The translations under genes were made by a program, and so were the position numbers. A stretch of 64,000 bases of DNA, from contig CAVYES010000004.1 of the NCBI GenBank assembly GCA_963767735.1, positions 527,342 through 591,341 of the forward strand, read 5' to 3'. The stretch comes from Candidatus Bathyarchaeota archaeon. GTDB lineage: Archaea > Thermoproteota > Bathyarchaeia > Bathyarchaeales > Bathycorpusculaceae. Positions 10,052 through 21,857 of this stretch are shown here, piece after piece. How positions within the stretch are numbered: the stretch's first letter is position 1; each line of letters opens with the position of its first letter. The notes beneath the pieces are model-generated. The model saw nothing but the letters and a program-made list of their open reading frames with translations, was not told where the DNA came from and searched no databases.

Positions 10052-10465
10052 CTATGCTTGACTTCCGAACTTTTTCTTCATGCATTCGTCACAAAAATTG
10101 TTCTTGAACTTTCTTATCCGTTTGGACTGGAAGAGTTTTCCACAACCACTGCACTTTATTTGATTGACCACTTTTGGCTCAAGCAGTTTAAGTCTCCGCT
10201 CTATCTCAGCTTTAATTTCAGAATCATCCTCTCTCTCCCAAGCAGCTTTCAACAAAGACATAGCTTGTTCCAAGCTTTTGTCTCCAAATAACTTAAGGAA
10301 AGCACTATCTACCTTCCCTTTTCCGAATTGTGAAGGTAACATACAAACAAAATTTTGAGGATAACTTTTAGACTTACTCGAGTCAACTACAGCGAAGCGA
10401 AAGCTCTTTCTCGAATAATTATCATCATCCGCATAATACTCGAAAACTTGTAGCTTAATATCCAA
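10052..10465 (-). CDS. Hypothetical protein with a C-terminal zinc finger
   Basis: CSGC...CDEC; likely TTG start at 10465. Confidence 0.8.
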   Translation of the reverse strand: MDIKLQVFEYYADDDNYSRKSFRFAVVDSSKSKSYPQNFVCMLPSQFGKGKVDSAFLKLFGDKSLEQAMSLLKAAWEREDDSEIKAEIERRLKLLEPKVVNQIKCSGCGKLFQSKRIRKFKNNFCDECMKKKFGSQA

Positions 10466-10589
10466 GTTGATAAACCTTGAATGGAAGAAAAGACCGGTCA
10501 AGTTAATATCTGTGTCTAAATAAATGAAGCCATCAAAAATAGTGTAGTTTCATCAAGTTTTGGTTTCTGTGTAGTAGATTTTAAAAAGT

Positions 10590-11045
10590 TTAGAGAGTAG
10601 GTGGATTTTTCTTAAGAGAGTCACGCATTTCTCTTATAGTTTCTTTTTCATTTTTGGTTTTTAAATTTTCCTTTTCGTTTTGTTCGTTTACTTCTTTGTT
10701 GTGTTGGTCAACTCGATTATTGACAATTTTTACCAACTGCATAACTAATTTAATATCTTCTTGGAGCTTCTTTGGATTAGTAATAATTGAAATTGTATCC
10801 CCTTGCGAACTATTTGGATAGTTAGGTTCAACTATCGGGAAAGAATCATTTGGTTTTGTCAGTACAGCTACTAATGGTTGAGGGGTTTTTTTCAATTCCT
10901 TTTCAAATAACTCTTGCCAATCCTCTTGCGGAATTCTATCTAAAGGCAATTCAACAAAAAAGGTATCTTCTTCTGTTGACAGTTTGGTTATTTTCAACGT
11001 TTCAGGGTCAATTGGTTTCAGATTTGTTTTCTCAATCATGTTCAC
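10590..11045 (-). CDS. Hypothetical protein with a coiled-coil C-terminus
   Basis: 151-aa ORF with TATA upstream. Confidence 0.7.
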   Translation of the reverse strand: MNMIEKTNLKPIDPETLKITKLSTEEDTFFVELPLDRIPQEDWQELFEKELKKTPQPLVAVLTKPNDSFPIVEPNYPNSSQGDTISIITNPKKLQEDIKLVMQLVKIVNNRVDQHNKEVNEQNEKENLKTKNEKETIREMRDSLKKNPPTL

Positions 11046-11241
11046 TTATGGCTAACCCTCAAGCATATGAGCTTGAATCCGCCTTTAAGTTTTTGTATAA
11101 ACCCAGCATAGCAATCCATCTCCCCTTTCAGCTTCCAGTTTTCCAAATCTTTCAAAAATTAAGCTGATAATCAAATGAACATGTTTTTCACTACGCACAT
11201 ATCGTTAATTCTGATTTCAGATTAACATTAAGACGATTGGT

Positions 11242-11535
11242 ATGAGGCGCTCCAAACTAGAAATGTATGTTGATATTCTTCAGGTCTTAGCACAAAGAGG
11301 ACCGCTAAAACTAACACATGTTATGTATAAAGCGAACGTTAACTGCAGTGTCCTAAAAGAGTATCTTGATTTCCTCTTAAAACAAGGCTTGGTTGAAGAA
11401 CGCACAATCAGAAAACAACGAATAGTTTACGCTGTTACACAACGTGGAATAACCGTTCTGAAATACTTCAAAGAACTAAAACAGGTACTGCCCATAATGG
11501 AGGAAGCACGAAACCAAACAGCAATACCTTCCTAA
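11242..11535 (+). CDS. Winged-helix regulator (COG3432/DUF4364-like)
   Basis: MRRSKLE..DIL...THVMYKANVN...Y..T.RG. Confidence 0.9.
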   Translation: MRRSKLEMYVDILQVLAQRGPLKLTHVMYKANVNCSVLKEYLDFLLKQGLVEERTIRKQRIVYAVTQRGITVLKYFKELKQVLPIMEEARNQTAIPS

Positions 11536-11579
11536 AATCCCAGTTCCCCTGGTAAGAAAAATATATTTGTGTGAGGGAT

Positions 11580-11780
11580 TTATTTCTTTAATTGTTTAAC
11601 TTTTTCCCATGGAACTTCTATTTTTACTTCTTTTCCATTTTCATCTTTGCACGTTATAGCCATGGTTTCTTTTCCATTTACGTCATGCTTTATTTCAAAA
11701 TTTGCTTTATCGCGTTTTTTGTTAACAATTACTTCAATGGTTTCGACTATTCCAACTTCTTCCTTTTGTTTTTTTGACAT
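11580..11780 (-). CDS. Small Lys/Glu-rich hypothetical protein
   Basis: ATG 11780 after a GGTGA-type Shine-Dalgarno. Confidence 0.55.
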   Translation of the reverse strand: MSKKQKEEVGIVETIEVIVNKKRDKANFEIKHDVNGKETMAITCKDENGKEVKIEVPWEKVKQLKK

Positions 11781-11946
11781 AACCTTTTCACCATTATAAT
11801 TGTAATTAATAGTCTGCTTAAGAGTTTTTTCTTGCATTTCGGATTAGCGTTATCAGGTCAAGGTGAAAGGTGTCTGGCAGTAACTTTTCTGGCAGGTTAC
11901 TGAGTGGACAAATGCTTAAAAAACAATCATTATGTAATAGCTCTCT

Positions 11947-12219
11947 ATGACAGAAGATGTTGTTAACCTAACTTCTCAAAGGATAATGTTGATTATCAAA
12001 GAAAAACTGAAAGAGACTAAAGGTGAATGCATCGACTATTGTTTAGAACATATATTTGATGAATGCGAACTACCAAAACTTAAACTAAAACTGCATATAG
12101 CTTGCAAAGGAATCTGTACTAGCCAAGTAGTAAGTGACTGTCTTTCCCTTGAGCACATACGCAAAATTCATGTTATAATAGAAGAGTTCGCCAAACAAAA
12201 CAAAATAAATATTATGTAA
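11947..12219 (+). CDS. Small Cys/His-containing hypothetical protein
   Basis: ORF with CTTAAA about 30 nt upstream (leaderless). Confidence 0.6.
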   Translation: MTEDVVNLTSQRIMLIIKEKLKETKGECIDYCLEHIFDECELPKLKLKLHIACKGICTSQVVSDCLSLEHIRKIHVIIEEFAKQNKINIM

Positions 12220-12701
12220 AAAAGTGTCTGATTATTTTTTTCATTGTTTTCTGCTTGCATTTTGTTTTAGTGTTTTCCACTTATTATGTTCTTCAAGTTG
12301 TATTCCCTTGCCTATGCTTTTCTTGTTTCGGGTTTCATGTGGTGTAATTTAGTTATGATAAAGTTGGTAACGCTGAAGGATTACTGTTGTATGTTCTTAG
12401 TTGTATGTAGAAAAATCAGGTTCCTACTTCCTTGAAATTTGAGCTGGAAATTTTATCTTCTGTATTTACTTGTGGTTGCTTCTTTGAAACAACATAAATC
12501 TTATATCTTACTATTAGTGATGTATTCAAAGACTGCATGAAACATCGAGAGGTATAAAATGAATAGTCAATCTGAACATAGCAAGCTAAAGCCTGATGGT
12601 AGCGTTGTTCCAATAGTTTTGACGCTAAACGACGGGCTACTTGAAGCAAGAAAAAAATCTGCAAACGAACCAATTTACATTGACCATTTATAAAAAGCTG
12701 T

Positions 12702-12911
12702 TTAACTCTCGAAAATAACCAAATAATCTTTGTTTTCTTCTGCTGAGAATTTATTTTTGAGAAATTGTTTTACTGCTTGAAGGTCATAATCGCCTTTAAT
12801 TTTCAATTGGTAAATATCTGGAAATCTGTGTTCAATACTAACAACTGTAGGGCTAACAAGTTGGTTGACACTTAAGTTTTTCAGAAGGGCAACAGACTCT
12901 TCTCTATTCAC
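12702..12911 (-). CDS. Small protein, NRxEA family (paralog 1)
   Basis: NREESVALLK...YQLKIK...LVIF, shared with 16985 and 17296. Confidence 0.7.
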   Translation of the reverse strand: MNREESVALLKNLSVNQLVSPTVVSIEHRFPDIYQLKIKGDYDLQAVKQFLKNKFSAEENKDYLVIFES

Positions 12912-13273
12912 TTGCTTCCCCCAAGTCCCTAATGGACGTACAAAACTAATAACACTTTGCTGAAAAATTGTGTAAATAAACGTTACACTGTCAGGCAAAT
13001 TTGCATTGTAAAACGCATTTACCTGAAACCATTAAAATCTATGCTGAAATGTCTTTGTTTGCTCTATTTTACTTAGTACAGACCTTTAGTTTACAGAAAT
13101 TAAAGTAATCTGTTAGAAATATTATGTGAAATAGTTACGCTTACCAAAATCATAATTCATCTGAACTGCCGACTTGTTAGTTTTAAGGAATTTGATTGTG
13201 TAATAAGCGGAAAGTTTACAAAAGCGTATATAAACCGCTCCAAGCCCTTGGAAAAATCTGGAGAGAACGGAAA

Positions 13274-13456
13274 ATGCTTAAAATAATAGTCAACAGCGAT
13301 ACTTGTAGCGGATGCGAAACCTGCGTAAACTCTTGTCCAGTGGGCGTCTACGAAATGAGAGACGGCAAATCGTCCCCAGTCAACGTAGATTGCTGCTTAG
13401 TCTGCAGAGGCTGCGAAATCCAGTGCCCAACTGACTCCATTCAAGTAATTGAATAG
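13274..13456 (+). CDS. 2x[4Fe-4S] ferredoxin
   Basis: Two CxxCxxCxxxCP motifs. Confidence 0.92.
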   Translation: MLKIIVNSDTCSGCETCVNSCPVGVYEMRDGKSSPVNVDCCLVCRGCEIQCPTDSIQVIE

Positions 13457-13782
13457 TGCCAACTCAACTTCCTTAAAGTTTGAGCTCGAAAACCCAGTTT
13501 CAAGAAAATCCTTTCAATTTTCGACATATTAGTGCAGACGAAATCAGCTTTAAATTAGTTGAAGTCTTGAATGCATAGGTGCGCACGACATTAGTGAAAG
13601 AAGAAGTTAGGATGGTGACGTTTTGGCTGTGAATGATAGCAAGTGTTCCTGCGGGGAAAACGCCACTGTTTTCGAGAACAACGAGAAGTTCTGTAGCAAA
13701 TGCTACTTGAAAAATAAAGGCAGGCGCTAACCTGATGTTTGACGAAAACACAGAAGATGCAATATGTGAGGGAGGCAAGTCA

Positions 13783-14178
13783 GTGGAAACTAAAAAAGCT
13801 GAAGACAAAGCTGGTCCAAAAATAGCCACAAATATTCTGAGAATTGTGTCCACCAATAATGCCTTCTACTTCTTCACAGATGTTGGACAGTACACTGATA
13901 GATGTTCATCCTGCCTTGCAGATTTTTGTAACACAATACAAACGATAGATGTCAAGTCAGTAGAGTTCCACTTTAGGCGTGGAGACTTTGCATTATGGAT
14001 AAGCGAAACCTTGGGAGACAACGAACTAGCAAACGAAATTGATAGAGTTAGCAAGGTTAGCAAGACAATTCGAGGAGAAGAACTCAGAACAACAATACAT
14101 CAAACCGTAGATGCACGTTTGATTAAACTGAAAAAACTCCAAGCTTCCGAAGAGCCTTATCTAGAACGAGATGAATAA
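13783..14178 (+). CDS. DUF5752-like protein
   Basis: AFYF..L.DF...SVEFH..RGDF..W...LGD.ELA. Confidence 0.8.
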   Translation: METKKAEDKAGPKIATNILRIVSTNNAFYFFTDVGQYTDRCSSCLADFCNTIQTIDVKSVEFHFRRGDFALWISETLGDNELANEIDRVSKVSKTIRGEELRTTIHQTVDARLIKLKKLQASEEPYLERDE

Positions 14179-14714
14179 GCACATCGCGATTTTATCCAAA
14201 CTTATAGCTATCTCTGAACTCTAAATTTCCTTGAATTTTTTAGCTGGTACCGCTTTATCTGCTGATATTACATAGTACATGGTTTATAGTAAAGAAGTTT
14301 GGTTCACTATCCAAACGTTGATTCTGGTTTAACTTCATTTTGGTAATGTACGACTTTCTTAGAAAGAAAATAAATTGCTGTACAAGAAACGGTTTTGAAT
14401 GGAGAAAGAAAAAATTACTGTGAATCCTTAATTGAGTGACTATCGAAACTTAGCTGGATTAAGGATGGTTGAGCCCTCCCAGACGTGAGGTAGTTGGAAC
14501 ATAGAGTGGTCAAGAGTTTGTTTCCTTGGGAATATTTAGAACTCCATGCCGATCCTTATGTAGCAATCGTTTACTTCTTAATTGCTTAGTTAAGCTCACG
14601 AAACTACAATAAAGCTGTTTAAGAAAGTTCTAAGATGGGGTTAACTGAAAATAGGTGTATTTTTATATTTCTAGGTGCGGTATCTTTGGTAATTTAAACG
14701 GGTGAAGCCTACTC

Positions 14715-16944
14715 ATGTCATCAGACGTTTTAGCGGGTGGAAGGGCGAAGGCTCTTAGCGGCGATCGGAAACAGTTTGACATGTTTTTCAATAAGATGCT
14801 GGATGGCTTTGCTTATCACAAGATTGTTGTTGACAAATCGGGTAAGCCAATTGATTATGTTTTTCTTGAGGTTAATCATGCTTTTGAAGAAATGACGGGG
14901 CTCAAGGGAGAGCGAATTATCGGCAAGAAAGTAACGGAAGTTCTTTCTGGAATTGAGAAAGACCCTGCTGATTGGATTGGAGTTTACGGGAAAGTTGCTT
15001 TAACGGGCAAGTCACTTCAGTTTGAGAATCATGCGATTCCTTTAGGTAAATGGTATAAAGTCTCGGCTTATTGTCCAGAGAAGGGCTATTTTATTGCTTT
15101 ATTTGAGGACATAACTGAGAGCAAGAAAGCTGAGCACGAGCTTTGGCAAGCAAAGAAAGATTGGGAACGAACTTTTGATAGCGTCCCCGACTTTGTGGCT
15201 ATTCTTGATAATCAGTTTAGAATCGTGCGGGCTAATCGAGCCATGGCGCAACAGCTTGGAGTAACTCCCGAAAAAGCCATCGGACTCTTCTGCTACCAGT
15301 GCGTTCATGGATTAGATAGTCCCCCTGCTTTTTGTCCACACGCACAAACAGCGAAAGATGGAAAAATACATCAAGCTGAGGTGTATGAACCCCGCCTCGG
15401 AGGAGATTTCTTAGTAACTACGACTCCTTTAAAGGATGAGCAAGGGTGCTTGGTTGGGTCAGTCCACGTAGCGAGGAATATTACTGAGCTCATGCAGCGA
15501 GAACGAGAAATTGAAAACGTAGCAAAGTTTCCTTCTGAAAATCCTAACCCTGTATTTCGCATAGATGGAAAAGGCACAATTCTGTTCAGCAATGCATCTG
15601 GAGCTTCCGTTTTGACGGCATGGAGCAGGCGGATTGGTGAGCGTTCTCCTGAATACATAAGCAAAGCTGTTGCCGAGGCTTTAGCATCTAATAGAAGGAT
15701 TGAGGTAGAAGAAACATATGGAGATACTGTATTTTCGCTATTGTTTGTTCCTATCACTAGGGAAGGGTACGTAAATATTTACGCAAATGACATTACGGAG
15801 CGTAAGAAAGCTGAAGAAGTGATAGTGGCATCTGAGAAGAAGTACCGTAGACTTTTTGAGACTTCGCAAGATGGAATAATGGCTAGGGATTTAGAGGGGC
15901 GGATGATTGACTGCAATCAGGCTTATTCGAGGATGATAGGCTACTCAAAAAAAGAACTCACAAATGTATCCGCTACTGACCTTTTGCCCGAAAAATGGTG
16001 GGGACAGAGGGAAAAAATCGTAAAGGAGGTCTTGGAGACTGGGGGTTCAATTGTTTTTGAAAGAGAGTATCGCAGGAAGGACGGCGTCGTCTTTCCTGCT
16101 TCAGTTAGGACTTGGCGTCTAACAGATGAGAAAGGGAATATGGTTGGTACGTGGTCTATGGTTCGGGATATTACGCAGCAGAAGGAACTTCAAGAGAAAC
16201 TGCAACGGCACACAACACATCTAGAGCAACTTGTTGAAGAGCGCACTCAACAGTTGAAGGATTCAGAGCGGTTGGCTGCTATTGGAGCTACTGCGGGTAT
16301 GGTTGGTCATGATATTCGTAATCCTTTGCAAGCAATTATTAGTGACGTGTACTTGGCTAAAACTGAGTTGGCTTCGATTCCTGAAAGCGAAGAGAAAAAG
16401 AATACCTTAGAAAAGTCTGGAGGGAATTGAAAAGAACACTGAGTACATTAACAAGATTGTGGCTGACCTGCAAGACTTTGCCCGACCGCTTAAACCTAAT
16501 GCTGAAGAAGCCGACTTAAAAATCATAATTGAAGTTTTATTGAAAAAGAATGGTTTGCCAGAAAACATTAAAGTAACCTTTAAAATAGAAGCTGAAGCTA
16601 GGAAAGTTGTGGCTGACTGTTCTTACATTAATCGCATCATGTATAATTTGGTGAATAATGCTGTTCAAGCGATGCCAAATGGCGGCAAACTGACTATACG
16701 TGTCTTCAAAGAAGCAAACGACACCATAATAACAGTAAAGGACACAGGAGTTGGCATACCCGAAAAACTAAAAGGCAAGCTGTTTACTCCAATGTTTACG
16801 ACTAAATCAAAAGGTCAAGGTTTCGGCTTACCTGTTGTTAAGCGAATGACTGAAGCTTTAGGAGGCACCGTAAGCTTTGAGAGTCAAGAAGGCAAAGGAA
16901 CAGCATTTATGGTGCGTTTGCCTCCAAAAACAATAAAACGGTAA
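14715..16944 (+). pseudogene. Multi-PAS sensor histidine kinase with a frameshift at the A run 16411-16414
   Basis: PAS domains, H-box GHDIRNPL; N, G1 and G2 boxes lie in ORF 16459..16944; the shifted frame reads SLEGIEKNTEYINKIV. Confidence 0.85.
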
Positions 16945-16984
16945 ATGGATTTACTAATAAATAAAGCTAAAAATGTTTGCTCTT

Positions 16985-17254
16985 TTACTTTTTAGGACGG
17001 TAAATGATAGCTACATCTTCTCCATGTCTATTAATCAAGGATAAAGCACAGTTGTACTTTTTAGCGACCTGTTGCATGCAATCTTGTGTTTCTTTGTCAA
17101 TAGGTACTTTGATGTGAACTTGATAACCTTCCGAAAGCAACCCCGCAGCATTAGGCGGCATCAAAGAAAGATACTGACCATCAAACAATGTGCATTCTTC
17201 AAAAATTTCCCTAAGCACCAAAACTGCTTCTTTGCGATTCAGAGTAACACCCAT
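16985..17254 (-). CDS. Small protein, NRxEA family (paralog 2)
   Basis: NRKEAV.VLREI...GYQVHIK...IIYRP. Confidence 0.8.
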   Translation of the reverse strand: MGVTLNRKEAVLVLREIFEECTLFDGQYLSLMPPNAAGLLSEGYQVHIKVPIDKETQDCMQQVAKKYNCALSLINRHGEDVAIIYRPKK

Positions 17255-17295
17255 AAGCACTAACTATTAGGGTCTCTAAAAAAGGTTAAGTTAGT

Positions 17296-17550
17296 TTATT
17301 TCTTCTCAGGTCTGTAAATGATAACTAAACCTTCTTTTTCTTTTTCCAAAGCTAACCCATACTTATCAGCAACATCGCACAGAATGTCTATTTGATTTTC
17401 TTTGTTAAAGTTTGTTTTTACGAGAACTTGATAACAATTCGAAAGCAAATTTTCAAAATTAGGATTTATCAGAGAAATGTACTGAAAATGAAACAGCGTG
17501 GACATTTCAAAAATATCCCTCATAACTTGGACTGCTTCATTTCGATTCAG
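17296..17550 (-). CDS. Small protein, NRxEA family (paralog 3, tandem duplicate)
   Basis: Clearly similar to paralog 2; probable CTG start. Confidence 0.75.
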   Translation of the reverse strand: MNRNEAVQVMRDIFEMSTLFHFQYISLINPNFENLLSNCYQVLVKTNFNKENQIDILCDVADKYGLALEKEKEGLVIIYRPEKK

Positions 17551-17633
17551 AAAAACACCAATAAATTCAAAGGTAACCATTAATAAAAATATTTTTATGA
17601 TTTTCTGTATTAACACAGGTATAGTACCGTACC

Positions 17634-17889
17634 GAGGCTGTAGCACTCATGGACCTCAACAGTTCAGGAGAGCCTACAGGAAACGGGTTGCTGTTGAGCA
17701 GTTTTTGGCAGACTCAAGAACCCGGCAAGTCTCACACAGCATAATCTGAGAGGATTAGCCAAAGTAACGTTTCATTCTTAACTCTGCGTCCTAATTATGC
17801 TTCTCACAGCCCAAGCAGCTATCAACACGCACAAATCAAACAAAGCCAGAAGCATCAGATACTTCGCAAACTGATTTCGCAACAGCCAC
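17634..17889 (+). mobile_element. Internally deleted DDE IS (MITE-like) with both IRs and a decayed transposase 3' end
   Basis: IRs GAGGCTGTAGCA / rc GTGGCTGTTGCG; THGP..Y.KRVAVEQ..HNLRGL..RSIRYFAN. Confidence 0.65.
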
Positions 17890-17896
17890 GAGCGCC

Positions 17897-19083
17897 AGCT
17901 TGTTGCTAATTCGATTTCTTTGCGTTTACGTTTCTTTGCCCTTACCTCGCGAGCATAGTGATTGACCGCGCTTTTTCGGCCTGCCTAGCCTCAACGCAAC
18001 CACCCCATTGAGCAACATGGCGATCATGCACAGCAACGCATGCGTAGCTATTCTTTCGAGACCTCTAGCCCTATGCCTTTCAAGACAAAGTTGCTCCTTC
18101 TGCCTCGAATTCACCCGCTCAACCTCGCTTCTCTGCTTGTAGAGCTGTTTCTCTAAGCTGGGACCATGCGTTCTGAAGTACTTGTCCGCCCGCAGCACAT
18201 TAACTTCTTTGTTCTGGTTGGCCGGATACGGAATCACCGCCTTAACACCGCAGACTGAAAGCTGATCTCTTAGTTTTCTGCTCGAATACTGTGAATCTGC
18301 AGTGAACGTTTTAATTCGGTGCTCGCTTATGTTCCATGCCATGCGAAAAAGGGCTGAAGCATGCTTCTTCTCGTTATCGTTCGCAGGCGCAGCGATCACA
18401 GCGAGGGGCAACTCTGACTTAGCATCAGTGAGTATGTGCAGTTTATAGCCGAGCTCGTAGGTTTTGCCGTTTCTGCCAACTCTGGATTCTGGATCAGACT
18501 TTCCGCGACTGTTCTCGTGCGGGTCACGCCGACTGTACGCCTTTACGAACGTAGCGCCCGAGTCCACCGTTTCGCCGCTTATCACACCGCCCCTTAATAA
18601 TTCCTTGATCAGTTTGTTCATGATTATCTGAAGCCTTCTGTTTCCGACACGCTTCTTAAACCGTGACAACTGAGACGGATGATAGGGATTTTCTTCAGCT
18701 TCTATGCCGCAGAGCTCCCTCAAATTATCGTCTTTCCATAGCCTACGGCACAGTTCTCTCTCGCTGGGGATCTGCTGGAGCCGTTTAACGATAAGTGCTT
18801 TGAAGATGCCCATGGGTTTTCTCGGTGGTCTGCCTGGGCTATTTTCCTTGTGGTATGCTTCCTTGACGACTTTTTCTATGTCATCTGAGTTTAGTTTGGA
18901 CAGGATATGGTATATGAAAATTGCTCCGCCGCCTACAGGTGTTCTTCCACAAGCATCACAAGGTCTGAATAAATCAACCGTATAAACACATAGAATTCAA
19001 CCGTTAAAAAAACAAATGCTCAAACTACATTTTAGCACAGTAGAGACTATCTTGAAAGTAAATCGGGAATATGAGAACAGAGC
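17897..19083 (-). mobile_element. Degenerate IS5/IS1182-like element with a DDE transposase pseudogene (ORF 17926..18813)
   Basis: GRPP, SERELC, GYKLH, ADSQY, R..VER; first Asp appears mutated (SGATF); frameshifts at both ends; imperfect IRs GGCTCTGTTCTC / AGCTTGTTGCT. Confidence 0.8.
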
Positions 19084-19295
19084 CCAAAATGTTAGAACAC
19101 ATATTCATATAATCTTTCTAATGCTGGCGCGACCTTTCTTGTTTCATTGTGATGCTCCTTTTAGCTTCAAGCATCAAGGTGAAAATGCATAATTGGCTTG
19201 GATATGATGTTCCAAATTTCGGAATATTCCAAAATTGGTAACATTAAAGATATTCCCGAAAACAGTTGAGAACATAAGAAAGAAGAGACAAAGCA

Positions 19296-19688
19296 ATGAG
19301 GACGTTTCTGAGTAGAGACCAAATTAAAATACCTACTTTCACCTCAAAGTGGCTAGCCTACTCCTATGCCTTCTTGGTTGTTGCGGAGTTTTTGGATGGT
19401 TTGACAACTAAGATTGGCTTGAATTTAGGGCTTACTGAAGTTGGAACGTATGCAGAGGGAGTTTTAGGTAACTATGGCTTTTGGGGTTTGATGGCTTGGA
19501 AATACAGCATTGTCGCTGCTGTGGGGGCGTTGATTTTCTTATTTTATTATGGAGTGAAGAAGTATTATCCTACACGTTTGAAGCTTGTCAGCGTCATTCT
19601 GACTATTGGCTTCTTAATTGCAGGTATAGCTTCAGTTCAGGTTGTCGTAAACAACGTCCATCAGATTGAGCTTGCCCTACATCCTTAA
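19296..19688 (+). CDS. DUF5658-like membrane protein
   Basis: LDGLTT..GL..G..E motif with TM helices. Confidence 0.75.
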   Translation: MRTFLSRDQIKIPTFTSKWLAYSYAFLVVAEFLDGLTTKIGLNLGLTEVGTYAEGVLGNYGFWGLMAWKYSIVAAVGALIFLFYYGVKKYYPTRLKLVSVILTIGFLIAGIASVQVVVNNVHQIELALHP

Positions 19689-19779
19689 CATTTTATTCAA
19701 TAAAACACTTTAACTTTCACAGAAGGGATAGTCCCAAAACTGCAATCTCGCATAAGCCTTTGGTTTTGAGATAACTGTA

Positions 19780-20130
19780 GAGCGTATGGCAAATGTGGAT
19801 GTAGCCGCACAGTCACACATACCCCTAAAGCATTTAGCAACCCACATATTTCTTGAAGCGAAAATGATATGAAAAAGACGCTGATTTCTTGGGCAAAGAA
19901 GTTATTTTTGAGCTGAGTAAAAAAGTTGTATTGGTATCTTGAGTGGCAGTAACTACCCATTCATCATTGTCAAGCATATCGCTGGATACTTTAACAATTA
20001 CTATCATGGCTATGCACCAGAGAATTGCCAACAGCTAATTGAGAAGTTAGGATTGACAACTGAAGAACCGAAGAAGGCGAAGGCTAAAAACACCGTCAAA
20101 CAATCACAATTAGGCCCATTTTTTAGCGAA
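19780..20130 (+). pseudogene. DUF72 (YecE-like) C-terminal remnant
   Basis: GYFNNYYHGYAPENC..L...LG motif; upstream part decayed; bounds approximate. Confidence 0.6.
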
Positions 20131-20670
20131 ACTTTTCACCCATCGGGCACTCTAAGGGTAATTTGTCTTGGCTATACATTAGCTCAATCCAACAGGTATA
20201 GCAGAAGTAAATTTGGCATTTGGGGCAGTGTTAAAGCCTCCGCCGATCATTTTGCGGCAATCGCCGCAAAGTCGGGACAAATTTATCATAGAAAATAAAT
20301 GTTAAGCAATTAGTTCAAAAAGACAGCGTTGAAACTGCTCTTTAAAACCGCAGAGACATAAGCGAAAGTAAGGGGTTTCAAAAACTTACTTCGGTTAGCG
20401 TGTTTTTGTGGTTCCTCATTCTATGCTCTCTTAGGTCCTTCGGATTAGGCAATTCAACTTTGCATATTGGGCATCGGTATGTTACAATCATCGAAATGTC
20501 CGCCTCAGTTTTGAGAAAAGATTTTCTTCATAAATAAGCCTTACAGACATAAGCTATATAGATGCTATTTTTGACTTTAAACTATGAAAATAACTCTTAT
20601 TTGATTGGAGTCACTTAACTAAAAAACATGTGTACTCTAATAATGCTTGAAAATCCATGCAAAAACAGCG

Positions 20671-20811
20671 ATGGAAAACAGTTTAAAAGTGATTCAACTG
20701 GCGTACGAGAATGCTTTAAATCTGAACAACAAAGACAAGCTCCAATACTTGTTTAAGCAACGCTTCAAGAGCGGGTTTGCTGCTTTCGATCTGCGTGACT
20801 TTGGCCTTTAA
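20671..20811 (+). CDS. Putative 46-aa protein
   Basis: MENSLKVIQLAYEN...RDFGL*; below the ORF-track cutoff. Confidence 0.35.
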   Translation: MENSLKVIQLAYENALNLNNKDKLQYLFKQRFKSGFAAFDLRDFGL

Positions 20812-20956
20812 ATCAGCCATTTATTCTTTAGTCACTTAAATTTCTGTGCTTAAGAATTAGCCATGAAAATGGATTTTTTGATTAGTTTAAGTGACTTAAA
20901 CTTCAGCCTATTTTTGTTAGAGACATGTAGCACGTGCTTCTGATTCGATGCCCCGT

Positions 20957-21184
20957 CTAAACTTGGTTTGCTTTGCCGATGGCGCAGTAGTACGTTTTTT
21001 TAAGTCCGTACTTAACCAAGACTGGACATGAAGGACAGATGCACCCGGTAGTCTTGATTTGTTCTTTTGCTTTTCCCCTAGCACAGAAAAGTGTGTCAGT
21101 TAAATTTGAATCCTTGTAGGTAGGGCAAGTTGGGCATGTACATAATTTCACGTTTTCTTCGTTATCAGGTATAGAAATTGACAT
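20957..21184 (-). CDS. DUF2769-like Cys-rich protein
   Basis: CxCPxCPTY..LFCARG..GCxCPxCPV..YYC. Confidence 0.85.
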   Translation of the reverse strand: MSISIPDNEENVKLCTCPTCPTYKDSNLTDTLFCARGKAKEQIKTTGCICPSCPVLVKYGLKKTYYCAIGKANQV

Positions 21185-21374
21185 TTACAATCAATTGAAA
21201 GATAAGCGCAGCCCAATTAATAACTATTAGTGAATAGGTTCAGTCAACAACAAAACATGTGACTGATGAATTCTCTGACTGTTTTTTGCTGATTCTGAGT
21301 CACGACCAAAAAACGTTAATTACCATTGATAGACTAGTAAAGAGAGAAAGAATAGCGAGTGGAGGTGGAAAACA

Positions 21375-21701
21375 TTGACTCTTGTTAAAGTTGCTGAAAT
21401 TTCAGAGATATCTCTGGGACAAATTAAGCCTGTAAAGGTTGCAGAAAAACAAGTTTTGATAGCCAACGTAAACAACATCTATTACGCCATCGGAAATATT
21501 TGCACACATATGGGCGACGACCTTTCAAAAGGAACGTTAGAGGGAAACACAGTGACATGCCCCAAGCATAAGTCAAAATTTGACGTCACAACAGGCAAAG
21601 TCATTTCTGGTCCAAAAGTTCCTTTAATACACCCAAAAATCAAAGATGAACCTGTTTATTCAGTAAAGGTTGAAGGGAAGGATATTCTAGTCGAACTTTA
21701 G
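21375..21701 (+). CDS. Rieske [2Fe-2S] ferredoxin
   Basis: CTH...CPKH..FD..TG. Confidence 0.92.
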   Translation: MTLVKVAEISEISLGQIKPVKVAEKQVLIANVNNIYYAIGNICTHMGDDLSKGTLEGNTVTCPKHKSKFDVTTGKVISGPKVPLIHPKIKDEPVYSVKVEGKDILVEL

Positions 21702-21857
21702 TAGTTACTGGATTTAAGGCTGACTTCAACTCTGTTGGAAGAGGGCGTTTATTTTAGTAGGTAGCGCGGATAGAACAAAAATGGCAATACTCTGTTGTTC
21801 TTGATTGAACTTGAGCTATACGATAGCATTTTCTCTTTTGAGGTCCTCATCGCTGTA

